This document shows positions 36,663-49,875 of a stretch of 64,000 bases of DNA, one piece after another. The stretch covers positions 31,440,401 through 31,504,400 of the forward strand of contig CM120641.1 of NCBI GenBank assembly GCA_051362555.1, written 5' to 3'. Numbering within the stretch: the stretch's first letter is position 1; every line of letters starts with the position of its first letter. Origin of the DNA: Lingula anatina. Taxonomy: Eukaryota; Animalia; Brachiopoda. Under the pieces are notes generated by a model. The model saw only the letters and a program-made list of their open reading frames with translations. It ran no database searches and was not told the origin of the DNA. A program made the position numbers and the translations under genes.

Positions 36663-38100
36663 TAATTTTGGGTGCGCGGTGCTGGGGTATAGGTGTGGTG
36701 TTCGTCACATTGCACCCTTGTCCAAAATTTGCAAAATGAAACGCAAAATATCTCCCAAACTGAAGGCATTGCAGGAAAAGTTTCTATGGATGACTGAAAG
36801 TGGTATGTGGGATTTAAAATATGCCCATTTAAGGTTAAATGGGCCAAAATTTTCTTTAAAATTTTTTTTCATTCATGCTGATTTTCTGAATCTACACAGA
36901 CCTATCCTATAATATTATGGGCAGGTATTACCCTTAGGGTTATCTTTCATCTTCGTGAGTTTTGGGTCAGTTGGTGCATTTTTATGGGAGAAGCAGCCAG
37001 ATTTCTTGACTGCAATCTCTAATCCTGGAACCATAAATGCTAGAAACCTTTTGTTTAGTGCATTTTATAGATCTTGTCAAGCACAACACTGGGGATGGTG
37101 TCTGTTTTTGTTTTCCATATGGTATACGAGTTGCACCATATCAGAAAGTACAATATCCATTGTTGCAATATCCATTGGTGAAAATAAAATGTGAAATAAC
37201 TCCAAAATTAGAGGTACCCCCATAGTTACTATAGACCTTCAATAGGAAGTCATATACTTGCGATCTGTCACCTTGAGATTGACCTTTGACCTAATTTTCA
37301 ATTTGAACTGAACTTTACACCTCTGTCCCTCCTTATATTTCCAAAACTGCCAGAGATATGCCCACAGTTACTATAAAACTTGAATAGGAAGTCACATACT
37401 GGCAATCTGTCAACTTGAATTTGACGTCTGACCTACTTTTCACCATGAACTGAACTTTGCAACTTTTTTGTCACTTATATCTCCAAAACTGCCAGATACA
37501 TGCCCAAAGTTACTATTAAACTTGAACAGGAAGTAATATACTGGCAATATATGACCTTGAAATTTACTTTTGCCCACTTTTCACCATGAACTGAACTTTG
37601 CAAGTTTTCCATCAATATATCTCCAAAACTGGCAGAGATATGCCCATAGTCATACATTGGCAATCTAACTGTGACCTTGAACTTGACCCTAGACCTACTT
37701 TTTACCATGAACTGAACTTTGCAAATTTGCTGTCCCTTATGACTCCAAAACTGGCATGCCCACAGATACTACCGAACTTGAATAAGAACTCATATATTGA
37801 CAGTCTTCCTGTGGCCTTGAATTTGACCCTTGACCTACTTTTAGCTATGAAGCGCACTTTTCAAATTTCCAAGCTCTGATATATACAATTGAACTTGGAT
37901 GGGAAGTCCTATATTCTCATTCTTTTTGCAACCTTGAATTTGAACATTACTTCTCCCCACAATTTGTTATAAATTGTAATATATGTATTCTTCAAAAAAT
38001 TGAGAACTTTTGTTTACTGTATTTTGTCAAGCACAACACTTAAGGTGTTTTCCCTTTTTTGTTTCTATAAGAATGTGCTTACTCCAGCTGGTTTTCACCT
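36663..38100. mobile_element. Repeat element with a central array of ~100-140-bp degenerate tandem units (possibly Helentron-derived)
   Basis: Units of aataggaagtcatatact…ttgacct…catgaactgaactttgcaa…ctccaaaactg repeat at ~37200-37950. A short inverted match gctggggta (~36681) / tactccagc (~38080) flanks them. Boundaries are approximate. Confidence 0.45.
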
Positions 38101-38169
38101 TTCTCAAATGAATTGTGAAAAAAAACACTTTAATTACACATAGCAGATTAACTTGTTTTTTTTTTTACT

Positions 38170-39000
38170 TAAGTGGTATACATTTCACAAATATTGGACT
38201 AGATTTTTTAAACTATTTTTATCCATGGAATTTGCCAGTTTTTTTATTGTTATTATCAGTTTTCTCAAATATGTTGTCCTAAATATTACTTTCATTACAT
38301 ACAGTTAACTTATCAGCTTATTTTAGATTATTTCAGTTGCTAATTAAGCCACAGTTGTACAAGTTTTACAAACATGACAGTACATCTCGCAGAGTTATTA
38401 ACGTTTAACTATTTTAATCTGTTGAATTTAGCAGTTTTTTAAATGTAATTTTCGCTCTTTTAAAATGTTTTAAAAATATGCAGTTACACAGTCATCAGTA
38501 ATCACACAGTGTAACTGATGAGTTATCACATTTCTGTTGCTGTTAAGCAGCATTTGTACAAGTATCACAAATAATGGACTAGATTTGTCAAAATTATTAA
38601 TGCTTAACTTTGACTTTGACTTGAATATTCATATATAATTGTATAACATAATTGTATAACTTCAACCTTCGGGTTGCGATTCTCCAATAAAAATTATTAT
38701 TATTATTTTATTTATTTTTTAACTATTGTAAGCCATGTGATTTGCCAGTTTTTAAATGTAATAATAAAATATATTGTCCAAAAAATCTTTTTCGTGATAC
38801 ACAATCAACTGATAAGCTTATCTCAGATTTATACAGTTGTTAAGCTTCAGTTGTACAAATGTCACAAACATTGGACTTGATGTGTCATTATTATTAATGT
38901 TTAACTGTTTTTATCATCGGAATTTGCCAGTCTTTTAAGTCTAGTTTTCACTTCTCAAAAATTCACTTCAATTACACACAGTCAACAGATAAGCTTACCT
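38170..39000. repeat. Degenerate copies of the 193-bp satellite monomer
   Basis: Fragments such as tttcacaaatattggactagatt, ccatggaatttgccagt, ttattaacgtttaactatttt and caactgataagctta, much more diverged than the main array. Confidence 0.8.
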
Positions 39001-40387
39001 AAATCATAATCAAGTTGCTCTTTCTAGACTGAAACACAGATGTAGGTCTAACGTTTAAAAACCAACCTTATTAGATTTTTGCTCACATACATCCGTACAT
39101 ACGCTGTAGATTCATGTGTGGACATACAAAGACGTAGATGTCATATACAGCTACATGTAGTATGTTGATATCATAATGTGGTAGGTACTTATTGCAACAG
39201 AGACGATCATATTTTCCTCCAGGTGGCGTTATAGTACTGCCCAGTTTGTCAAACAAGGCGAAAACTGTTCAGATAAAAGCAGTGGACCATTTTAGAATCG
39301 CCATTGACCTCATTACATTATTTCATTTTGGCTGTTTTCTTCTGGTTTCTTTTTTGAAATATATTTAACACAAATGCACTATATATACATATATATGCAT
39401 TTTGATTTTAGTAAATTTTTAATCAAGTTTTGCTTGTCAGATAAGGGTGAGAGTTGAATAGAAAAGCTTTAGCCCCTCCCCCATAAAGCAAATTGAACCT
39501 ACTCTTTGGGAAGAGTTGTTACACCTTACGTGATCAGGGAGTGGATGCGAGGCGTTCTGGAAACTAAGTATACGAATATTTACGTTTCAACCAATTCGGT
39601 ATAATGTTTCAATGTATCAGTGTTAGGGATTTAATGTTCACTTATTTGTAATTAATTTTATAAGAAGTATTGTGACGCATGCATGCATAAAAATGGTTTG
39701 GCCATTCCCCAGTGTTTCCTCCACAACATTTTGCTTCCTCCATAACTTCACCTTATCACGTCCTATGGAAATGAAAACTATTTCGGACTTCGTTAGTAGA
39801 AAAAGTATCGTCAGTTGAAGACGTACCAGGAGTATATTTACAAGAAGCAGACAAAAAAGGGGAAATGCTGTGGAATCTCCCATTTAAATTCCTATTTACT
39901 GACATGTAAATATTTGTAGTAAGCGGTTTGAGGTCGAAATAAAAAGAGCATAACAGACAGTAGGTACACTGTATAAGACTTCCATTTCTAAAAACGATTT
40001 CACTAGTCCAGTTGTACTATTTCAGTCCGTTGAATATATAAGTTTAATTATAGCTACACGTACAGATCTTTGTGTGACGGAGTTTTAAAAATTGTGGGTT
40101 CACTGGCCAACAATGTCAACCCTTCAAGGCATAGGGGGCGAACTGATAGCTCAAAATACTCTTTCAAACAAATGTTAATCGTTCTGTTGATACCTCATGT
40201 TGATACCTTTAAAATAAGGCATTGAGTACTAGAAACATGGCGTGTTTAAGACTGTGTGGTCGTCAGATACTGGTTTAGTTTATTTCAGTAAAGATATCTG
40301 CCCCTTATGCCTTTCAACGTGCTTTATTCTCGTAAGACCTTCAAGTTTGCCGCCGTGGCCTTTGTTAAATGGTACTACAATAACGAT

Positions 40388-40527
40388 TACCCTCTACCAG
40401 GGCCACAGATTGATTCTTCACTTGATACACGTTTTCAAAGATATGTTTCTAGTTAAACGAAGGGACTTTTCTGCCCTGCATGCGTCAGAGAAAAGTGCAC
40501 ATGAAATCAGCGGCCCTGGGAGATGGT
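40388..40527. mobile_element. Short degenerate relative of the 33751-34162 TIR element
   Basis: Identical 15-bp left terminus taccctctaccaggg; degenerate right end gccctgggagatggtt; no clear TSD. Confidence 0.5.
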
Positions 40528-41474
40528 TGGTTATGATACACGCGACCAAGAAAGTTCGGAAACGTGAAATTGTTTTTCAATAATCCAAAAAAAAAAAATG
40601 TAATGTGTTGGGAAAATTTTCTGTGTAAATAAAGACTAACAAATTGTGGGTTCATTAACCAACAATATTTGGTTAAAATATTTACCGTAACTAAATATAG
40701 TTATTTTATAACTATTCAAAATAACGGTTTCCGAACTTTTTAGGGCGAAAGTACCAGCAAGGTAACGAGTGGTGACTAAATCAAATAAATCGTGTAAATA
40801 TATAAATAGTCACAAGTTATTGATCTTATTAGTCAGTGACGCACACATTTTGTGTAATAATTGATGAACTGCTTTATATCTCTTTAATTACTGTCAATTT
40901 GTCAAATTTGTTCTGAATTTATTTTTAGGAATGCTTGTAAATATTGATAACACCAAACCATTAATGAGTAGTTAAGTTGACCGTTTATTGGTGAAATGTA
41001 ATACATTTGTTGTTTGTTACACCTTTGAGATATAACTTTGTCTTACAAGCATGTCTTACAGATATTCAAAGTGATTAAGTAGTGATTAAGTAGTTATTTA
41101 AGTGTTCTTAAACTTGGTAGTTTTACAATAAAATACTTAGATATAATTAATACATAGTTGTTTGGCACTAAATAAAGACTTTCCAAATACACAAAACGTC
41201 TTAGTTATTTCTTTGACGGTTGCGTTTCTCAGTGGCAACCTGGGGTTGGGCTTCAAACTTGTCTTACGTTTCTAAAATTTCTTTAACGTATTACGATATT
41301 TTTAGAAGTTTACTTAGGTTACTACAATAATTTCATTGACTCAGTGGTACCCCTCGGGTTTGGGTTCGTTTCTTGGTTCGGGTACTTGTAAATCATTGAA
41401 TACTTTTTAAGGGGCTTTACTGAAATTTCCCTTTGGTTGCTATAAGAGGAAAGTCTTCCCGGGGAGGGTGGGTG

Positions 41475-41545
41475 GGAACAGTTAGAGGAGTAGGTAACGC
41501 GTTTGCCTCTGAGTCAAAAAGTCCCAAGTTCGAAACCTGGCGCTC
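41475..41545 (+). other. tRNA-derived SINE-like head (degenerate)
   Basis: A-box-like agtaggtaacgcg and B-box gttcgaaacc at tRNA-like spacing; no proper cloverleaf. Confidence 0.3.
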
Positions 41546-44500
41546 CTGGGTCCCAGCAAATTACCTTTTGCAAAAAAAAATTCAAATAATCAAGGTAAAC
41601 TAATACAAGAGGCTCTATAGGTAAGACCTGTGCACTGGAGAAAGAGTTAAAGGGAAAGAAGGTGAAAAATGAAAGGGAATTCAACGTACAAATATCTGTA
41701 CATTATTTTTATTATTTATTGTTTCAAAAAATTCCAAGTAATTTCAACAAAGTTTTATACAAAACAAAATACGTGAAGTTACGTTTTTTCTACGTTCATA
41801 GCAATCATTACAGTAGTGTCAAATTTCTAAAAAAGTCTATAAATTATGCTTTTACAAAAAATATACAAGAAGTCTACCAGATAGTAAACTAACTAACACA
41901 TATGAAGGATTTTATGCACTTTGGAAATTGCTGCTCAAACAACAAAATCTATTTATTTATATAAAAGAGAATTTCGACATAATTCTTACTAAAACAAAAT
42001 TCATATAAAAAAATGACCAGGACTGGAAGATAAATTGAAATCATATCGTACTTGTCAAATTTTGTTCAAAGTTGACGTTAATAATTGATTACTAATTCCA
42101 TTGAGGAGCAAAGTGTCCAATTTCAGTGGTGTGAATGATATCGAAATTCCAAAATGCATATAATCTCACATAGGCGTCTTCCCCTCACGTGCACTAGCAC
42201 TCAAGCACACCTTGTTCTATGCCGTCGTGCTGATTCTCGCACAGAAAAGGGTAGACAAAAAAGTCATTTTTAAGAATCGAGTGTTTTACGTTATTTTGAT
42301 TTCATTACATTACATCCTTAATATTGGTAGGTTAATGGCACGACTTTGAGCGAAAACTTAAATTTGCACACATGCGACTCAGGAACGGCATAAAGACTTG
42401 GTCAATTTCCAAGCTTATTCTAGTCATGACAATTTAAGAAATATATACAAACAAAATTGAAAAGATTAGGAAGAAAGAAAAACGGTGACTTAAAATTCAT
42501 CAATTCATAAATGCTAATACCCTTACTCTGGTCTCCGGTGCTCAGTGACCAAGAAACACTTAGCAAAACTGGCATCTATCCAGACCTTTTTCTCTCAATC
42601 ACCCCTCAGTCACAACCAAAAACATATTAATTAATAATAGATATTTTCATGCATATGAACAAAGAAGTTTTTCCAGGAGAGCACTTACATTTCTGCTTTG
42701 CGATATTGGCAAAAAGTCGAACAACACACAAAGGAGCTCATGCAATGCTGATAAATTTGGGTGGCCCTAAGAAGAGACAATTTTTATCACGTTGGTAACA
42801 TATATTCCCCTACTGCAATAACGAATGCGCAGTAATTTCGTGAAAATCCCTATTTCTCTCCTGCTTTCATTTTGTTAACATTGTTTTAGACCCATCCCAG
42901 CACAGTACATGTGTATCTCTCACTGATCAGACAAAATTATCAAAACACCGAAACCAAAGTAAGTTCATTCTTAACATGTGTCACAAACGTATGTCCGCAA
43001 TTTAAAAAGGATCGTTTCTTATACATGGGCAATTCTGCAATCACGTGGACAAATTTATCATTTTCCTAACGCTGTAATTTCCGAAGCATTATAACTTGAA
43101 GAACAGTGTAAGTAATTATAAATTTACATCTTGTTCATTTCTCAAACTTAACGGTCACTGTATGAAACCGTTTGTGTCTCAAAAGTTTCATGTAATGAAG
43201 TTGAGATATTTTTCTTATCGGAATCTCAGAATTCAATTCAATTCAATTCAATTCAAAATAAATATTTCAAATATTCTCAAATGCACAGCTAAGTGACTAA
43301 CTGAAGATTTGCCCACAGACAATTTTTACCTTCAACTAGAAAAACAATAGCACTGGCACAGTGCTCTACCTAAAAATCGCCTTATAATAATAATAATATT
43401 TGATAACTATCATTTCTGTTTTCATCGATCATTTCAGCAAAATACTTTTTGCATTAAAATTACTTTGTTAAAGGTGAACTCCAAAAAGTACCGTACTTTT
43501 GTTTGAGAATTGCTGGGTACTTACTTCCGACACAATAAAAAAATACATAATAAATAAAATACCTTGAAACGATATGAGCGGATAGAGTACTGTACTGCGA
43601 TTTAGAAAGAATGTATCATATATAACCAGCGACATGCAGGGTCGACGCCATTCATTTCTTTCTTTTTCTCAGATCAGAAGTTTCGTTAAAAATTCTGCTG
43701 CGTACAACAATTATTTTATACAAATTTTATGCAGAATATTACTATCCAAGGCAAAGATTACATTTCATATCAAATGTCAACCCTGCAAATAAACTACAAG
43801 ACAAACTTCAACAAGCGAGACAATTTTGGCATGGGCGCAGGCGATGTCCAACATGAATCTGATGTCTTTGATCGGCGACGCATCCAATCACCCGGTAAAC
43901 AGCAGTTGGGAGCCACTGAAATAAACGAGAAAAATCACATTCATGACACGGTTTGATGAAGCAGTGTGTATATATCTTTACAGCATGCTGTTTTGGAACA
44001 CATGCGATTATATTAACAAAACACTATTGTGCCATTCCTATTCTTTTCTACCCTATGCACTGTTTAATGACAACATACTTCTTTGCATTCATATGTAAGC
44101 TGCGGTATGAAAGGACCAGGTGCCCGGATTACGGAAATATTCGCGGAAATGAAAGTTAATGGATGAAAACATTTGGCAGATGGGTCCAATTAGTATAAAA
44201 TTGACAGGATCTTAAAAAAGACATTATTTTGGCACGTTTTCACTGACCAAGCCAGGGTTTTCAGGGGGAGGGGGGCGATACATTAGCTGGATTTTGTCTA
44301 GTTTCGTGCCATGTACAATTTTTTGCGCTTTTGATTTGTTCTTGTTTTTATTTTTATTTGTTATTTTGGGAGGGAAAAGGGATACCTCTTAAACTAAGGG
44401 AGGGACACTGTAGCACAGTCCACCACCCCCATCCACCCCTCACCTCCCCAACCTGGTCCCGTCGTTTCCAGGAATGCAGTGACACAATAGTTCAACATCT

Positions 44501-46488
44501 TATTAATGAATGTGCATTTGTCTGTTTGAAGTTTACTTTCATATACAAGATATTTTTGATTTTTTGAAAACAGGTCAATGACCTCGCCAATAAAACAATT
44601 AGGAGAATGTAGATACCTGCCCAGTCATCTTACTTGTTGAGGACTTGTTCAGACCGTTGGACAGCTGCAACAAGCCCCTCGCTTCCTCATTGGCAAGTGC
44701 GTTCCTTCCCTGAAACTACAGAAAACAAATCATTCAAACTTTGAGCTGATTTTGAAATTCTAATGGAGAGTGTATTGGACATAAGTGTAATGTCCCCACA
44801 GTCATAAGGACTTAAATGTCCCTGTGCGAAACGCATCATTTGGGCAAATGTCGTCTACACAAAGTACACAGCGTTATCTTATATCATCTATACAATACTA
44901 CGGCAGCTTCCTGTCATTTTCTGTGATAAATTTGTGGCCTACGTGTGGAAATTGCAACAACGCACCAAGAACCTCTGTCTTCTCCATCTTCTACTGACCT
45001 TGGTCCTACCTGAACACCTCTCATGGAAATGCTTACCTGTATTACATAATAATGTACAGGTCACCCGCTTTTCGTAAGCAAGTTTCGATTTAAACTTGTT
45101 TTTGTTATTTGATATGGTGCAAGGCGTCCTAATCCCGCGATGGTGATTTAGGCTTTCTACCATCAAAATTGCAAAAATAATAACATGTTATCAACCATTA
45201 AGTTTGATGTCAAATTATTTGGATATGTTTCACCCCCCCCCCCCACCCCGAAAAAAAAATCACCTGTGCTGGGTTGTGTTAGAGAAGACAAGATGCGTTT
45301 TTTGTTTACTGATTCAGACTAGGTGTAAATATTCTCACCTCTCTCGGGAGGATACAGCCCAGCTGCCGTATGAGAGGGCACCACCGAGGGGGAGGGGTGA
45401 TCACAATTCACGGGAAATAAAATCATTAATTCACAAATCACAGTAAATAAAACTATACTCATATTTCACTGAAAATACGCGTCACAAATCACGAATCACG
45501 AATCACCGTGCAAAATAATGACTTTGTTTCAAGAATAACGGAAAGAAAAAAGCCGCATGTAAAAGTCACAGGAATGGGGTGCTTCACGCTAAATAAAATG
45601 AACGTTTCACGCATCTAGGGAGGTAAAAAGTGGCTTTCAAGGGTAAGCAAAATACCTTGTATGGGGCTGTGATAACCAGAGTACGAACAATACTTCCAAA
45701 TGTTTTAATTACCTTTGCGAACGAAAATTCAGCTACAATACCTACTCTTAGAATATTACTTTTGCTACAATACCTACTCTTAGAAGATCACTTTTACAAA
45801 GTTGAAGATATCCTCCCCCCCCCCCCATGCACCAAATTAAACTACCAGTCCAAAACGCCTGAAAAACGCATGTTCTCAGTCTGTACCAGTATTTCAGAGT
45901 AAGGACGTATTTTCTGAAAGGGAACTTTAAAAATTTATATGATCAAATTACATGTTTTTATGGACCTTAGTATATATTGAGGCGCAAATATCTCCGTATG
46001 TTTTTTTTACACAGCACAAGTCTGAATAAAGAATAAAGTAACATTAAAGAGCTAGCAACGCTGTCAATGTTTGTATGGTAAACTGTATCAAACTTCAAGG
46101 TCGAGGGTAAATATAATGCTTTCTATAATAAATATCAAGGCGAAGTTTTAATTTAGTCATTAAAATTTAGTTACTGATCATGAGGGTAAAACATGGTAAA
46201 TGTGTCTTCCCCATGACCCTCAAATAATGGTAATGGATGTTTAATCACAAGAAATAATCTTTATTAAATAACAAGTAAATAAGGTGAGCTTGTCAGAACA
46301 TTTACCTATGACGACCACTGATGTTTCAGTACGTGTGCCTGTAATCTATACTGTTATGTTATCAGATACCATGTACTCTCTGGGTTGTGATTTCTATAAT
46401 TTTTAAGAAGCTCCATTTTCAAAAGCAGACTCTAGGCTATTATTCTGTCGGCACGTGCATTTATCAGTATATTTATGGGTTTACAGTG

Positions 46489-48714
46489 CCGGTGTCAAGC
46501 AACACAGAGTCCTACCATTCTAGGGTCCGGCGGACCCGGTGTTTTAAAACTGAGAGTCCGGCGGACTCCCTGTCTCGAAATAACGGATCCCGGACTCTAT
46601 GTTCTGAAATGTAGAGTCCCCCTAGACACTCTATTTCAGTACGGAAAGTCCTAGGACCCTACGTTTTAATACTGAAAGTCCGCATTGAAGAGCAATAATG
46701 AAATCTCACACTTAAAACATGCAATTTAAAAATGACATTGGACATGATGTTAACTGAGGGAAGAATTATAAGGATTACAGGTAAAATAAACATTATTAAC
46801 CTCTGTTAAAGTGTAACGCGTAGTATAAATGTGCATTGTTCGCATTTCATAAACTTTAATTTGCAGGATTATCTTTTGTATGCAATTGAGAAAGAACATC
46901 ACTTAAGAAATATAAATTTATTCAGAATACATAAGTGCCTTTGGTGAACTTCCTGATTTTACAAAAAAGTTAATTTTATTAATCAGTATAGTAATTGTTT
47001 TTTCTCCTCAATGTCATTTTCTCTTTGTCGTGCATTTCTTGTAACAAGGCAGTTTTCTTATCTTCGCTTTCTACTACTTTCCTCCATCTCCCCTTCTCCC
47101 TCTCTACTTCCACTATCTTTCTTACAGCTCTGTAATATAAGCAGCCGCTTTCAAGCTAAACAGAAATATAAATATGTACCTTAAATGTACATGTAAGTTG
47201 CGCTTTTATTAAACAGTCTTGAAGTTAAACGAGTATAAATGTATAAAACTTATAATTAATTTATAATGGTTTGCAGCGCTTCTCCTTATTGCTCTTTTCT
47301 GATGGTTGGTTGTTCGTCTTCTGTACCTGCCATGTTGTAAATAAAGTCGCACTGCTTGAAAATCCATGCTGACAGAGTAAGACATCGCGAAGAGCTAGCC
47401 ATTTTATACCCTGAGAAACATGGAATACATTCCTTTTGGGTTGATTCCATTTTAATTTAGGGTATGCAACTTAAATTAAAACTTTATATAAATTGGTAAA
47501 CAAAATTAAATGAGTACATTTTCAATTACACTCCATAAACATGTATATTTAATAACTAATTAATTTCGTCAGTTTCCAGAAAATACATATTTTGCACAAT
47601 TTGGCATTGATGCACTGTATAACGCTAGCTGTCCCACATTTATGTCACACATTTATGTCATTGTAGCCTAAGTCACGCGTATAGTCTAAATAAAAGGAAC
47701 GTTTTGCACAGCATCGATTCATTGTGTATCACTAGCTTGCACACATGTGCGAGTGGTAATCAAATAAGTCACACGTGTATATAGTCCAAAGCATCACAAT
47801 GCAAATGGGATATGTGTGAAATATTTTAAGTAAGTCCAATTAAAAAAGGTATGGAATGTAATCAAAAGTGAGTATAACACATATTATTGCGGAATGACAC
47901 AATATAAATGGACAGTAAGGCTTCGTTCACATGCAATGTCTATTTTCTAAATTCTATTTTCTATTTGCGCTATCTTATGATCACGGTCTGTACCCTGAAT
48001 ATCCCGCCGCGTAATTACTGGCAGCGCGTGCCAGTTACTTATAGTAACTTATAGTAACTGGCTTGCGCTGCCAGTAATTACGCGGCGGGATATCCAGGGC
48101 ACAGACCGTGATCATAAGACATGCCGCAAATAGAAAATAGAATTTAGAAAATAGACATTGTATGTGAACGAAGCCTAAGTTAAATATTTAACTATAGATT
48201 AAAAAAAAACAAGAGTGAAAATAGAGGCGTTAAAATGTCAAATCTAGTTTGGGACTCGAACCAACATATTGTTTAATATCTGTATACTTCCCTGTCATTG
48301 GATACCATAGTAGGCTTATCACCCATGTCGCTGTCCACTACACCACCAGGTCGTTGCGCAAACCACCGCCGTTTTGTTATATTACATTTACTTGCATCAA
48401 GGGTTTGCTTTTTTATAATTCTATTATACCCAGATTGTCAATATAAAACGTTTTTACTAAATATCTACTATTCTACAGTAGGACCCTAGCTTTTAGACCA
48501 AGTTCTTCTGTATGACGGGCGGACTCTGTGTTTCGTGATAGTCATGAAACGTAGGGTCCGGTTAAATGCAGGGTCCGGGGGACCCTGTATATTATATTCA
48601 ATTATCATGATACAGAGTACGGGACTCGTTATTTCAGAAACCAGGACCCCTGGTTTCTGAAATAACGGGTCCCGGACTTTCTGTCATGGGGGACCTTCTG
48701 GTACATGACACCGG
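46489..48714. mobile_element. ~2.2-kb non-autonomous DNA transposon with short TIRs and subterminal repeats
   Basis: TIR ccggtgtca / tgacaccgg, flanked by gtg on both sides (3-bp TSD). Repeated gggtccgg/ggaccc/cccggact motifs lie within ~200 bp of both ends. No transposase ORF. Confidence 0.65.
47919..48175. mobile_element. Palindromic PIF/Harbinger (Tourist-like) MITE
   Basis: Near-perfect 257-bp hairpin ggcttcgttcacat…atgtgaacgaagcc with TAA TSDs at 47916-47918 and 48176-48178. Confidence 0.9.
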
Positions 48715-49200
48715 GTGTCGTTATTTGTCAAGAGGTATCTGTCGAGACGTACCTACAGTGTATCAGGACGGGTAGGAATTGAGACTGGATAGAGCTGGAT
48801 GGCAAAATGTACTATTTAACAAATATGTACTATTTAAAGGTAACAAAAGCGTTGTGATAGACAAGTACCAATCAAACTCATACGGTTTAATTCAATTTTG
48901 ACGGAAGCTGTCAAAAGTACAAGACTTTGATTGACAGTTTTATAAACAAACGTCAATCACAATCATTACGCAGTTGATAACTATAGTTGTCGAACATGTT
49001 AAGTTCCAGCTTCCTTCACTATTTGATTGACAAAGTGCCAATCAAATCATTCAGTTTTGACGATCCCGTCAGGTAATAACAGCTTAATTAACAGATTATA
49101 TAAACAAGTATATATAAGTTTATTTCTGTCACACCAACAAATACAGCAGAAGAATACATATGTATATATACACACATACTAGAGCATTCGCACCCGTATG

Positions 49201-49203
<3 letters not shown>

Positions 49204-49239
<36 letters not shown>
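49204..49239. repeat. (AC)n microsatellite
   Basis: Direct read. Confidence 0.95.
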
Positions 49240-49242
<3 letters not shown>

Positions 49243-49875
49243 TACTTAATTGTAAAGCTATTCGTTGCAGTTTATAGCGGTCAAGAACTGTACTGATATT
49301 TTAATAAGTGTATAAAAGCTAACAGTGATAAATCACTTACTTTATAATATCGTTATTGACATAGTAGCTTGCAGAAGTATATACTATAGACTTTTAAGTT
49401 AAAACTTGTGTAAAGGCAGATTATTTTGAATAAAATATTTATAGCAGAAATAATTACATTGTTTATACCAGGTAAGTGTTTGTTCTAAGCACCCAAAACA
49501 AACTGTTTCAGTTTTATCTATAAAAAGCATGTACGAGTGTAGTACATATTCGTGCTCCATCACGTGATTGGTTTTTGAGACGATAGAAATGTGAGTACAT
49601 ATATTCGTATACTCGTGTATCAAACTGTCAGATTTGACTACAAAGAGGATGCATATACTCATAACAATGATGGAGTAAGCATATATTAATACATTGCTAA
49701 GGTTCATGCAGTACAACATATACTGGATATCGAGAGTATCTATTTAAATAAACATAAGAGCATCTACCTTCATAAGGCGTATGATATAGCATTACATAGG
49801 CCTCACCACATGTGATGTCTTGATTATGCAATGAGTACATAGAAAAAAAACATATTGTATATAGTTGCAGAGTAA

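Noticed and set aside
39000-46400. Short ORFs as host genes
   Set aside because: No recognisable domains, AT-rich random-like composition, and no multi-exon model I can support.
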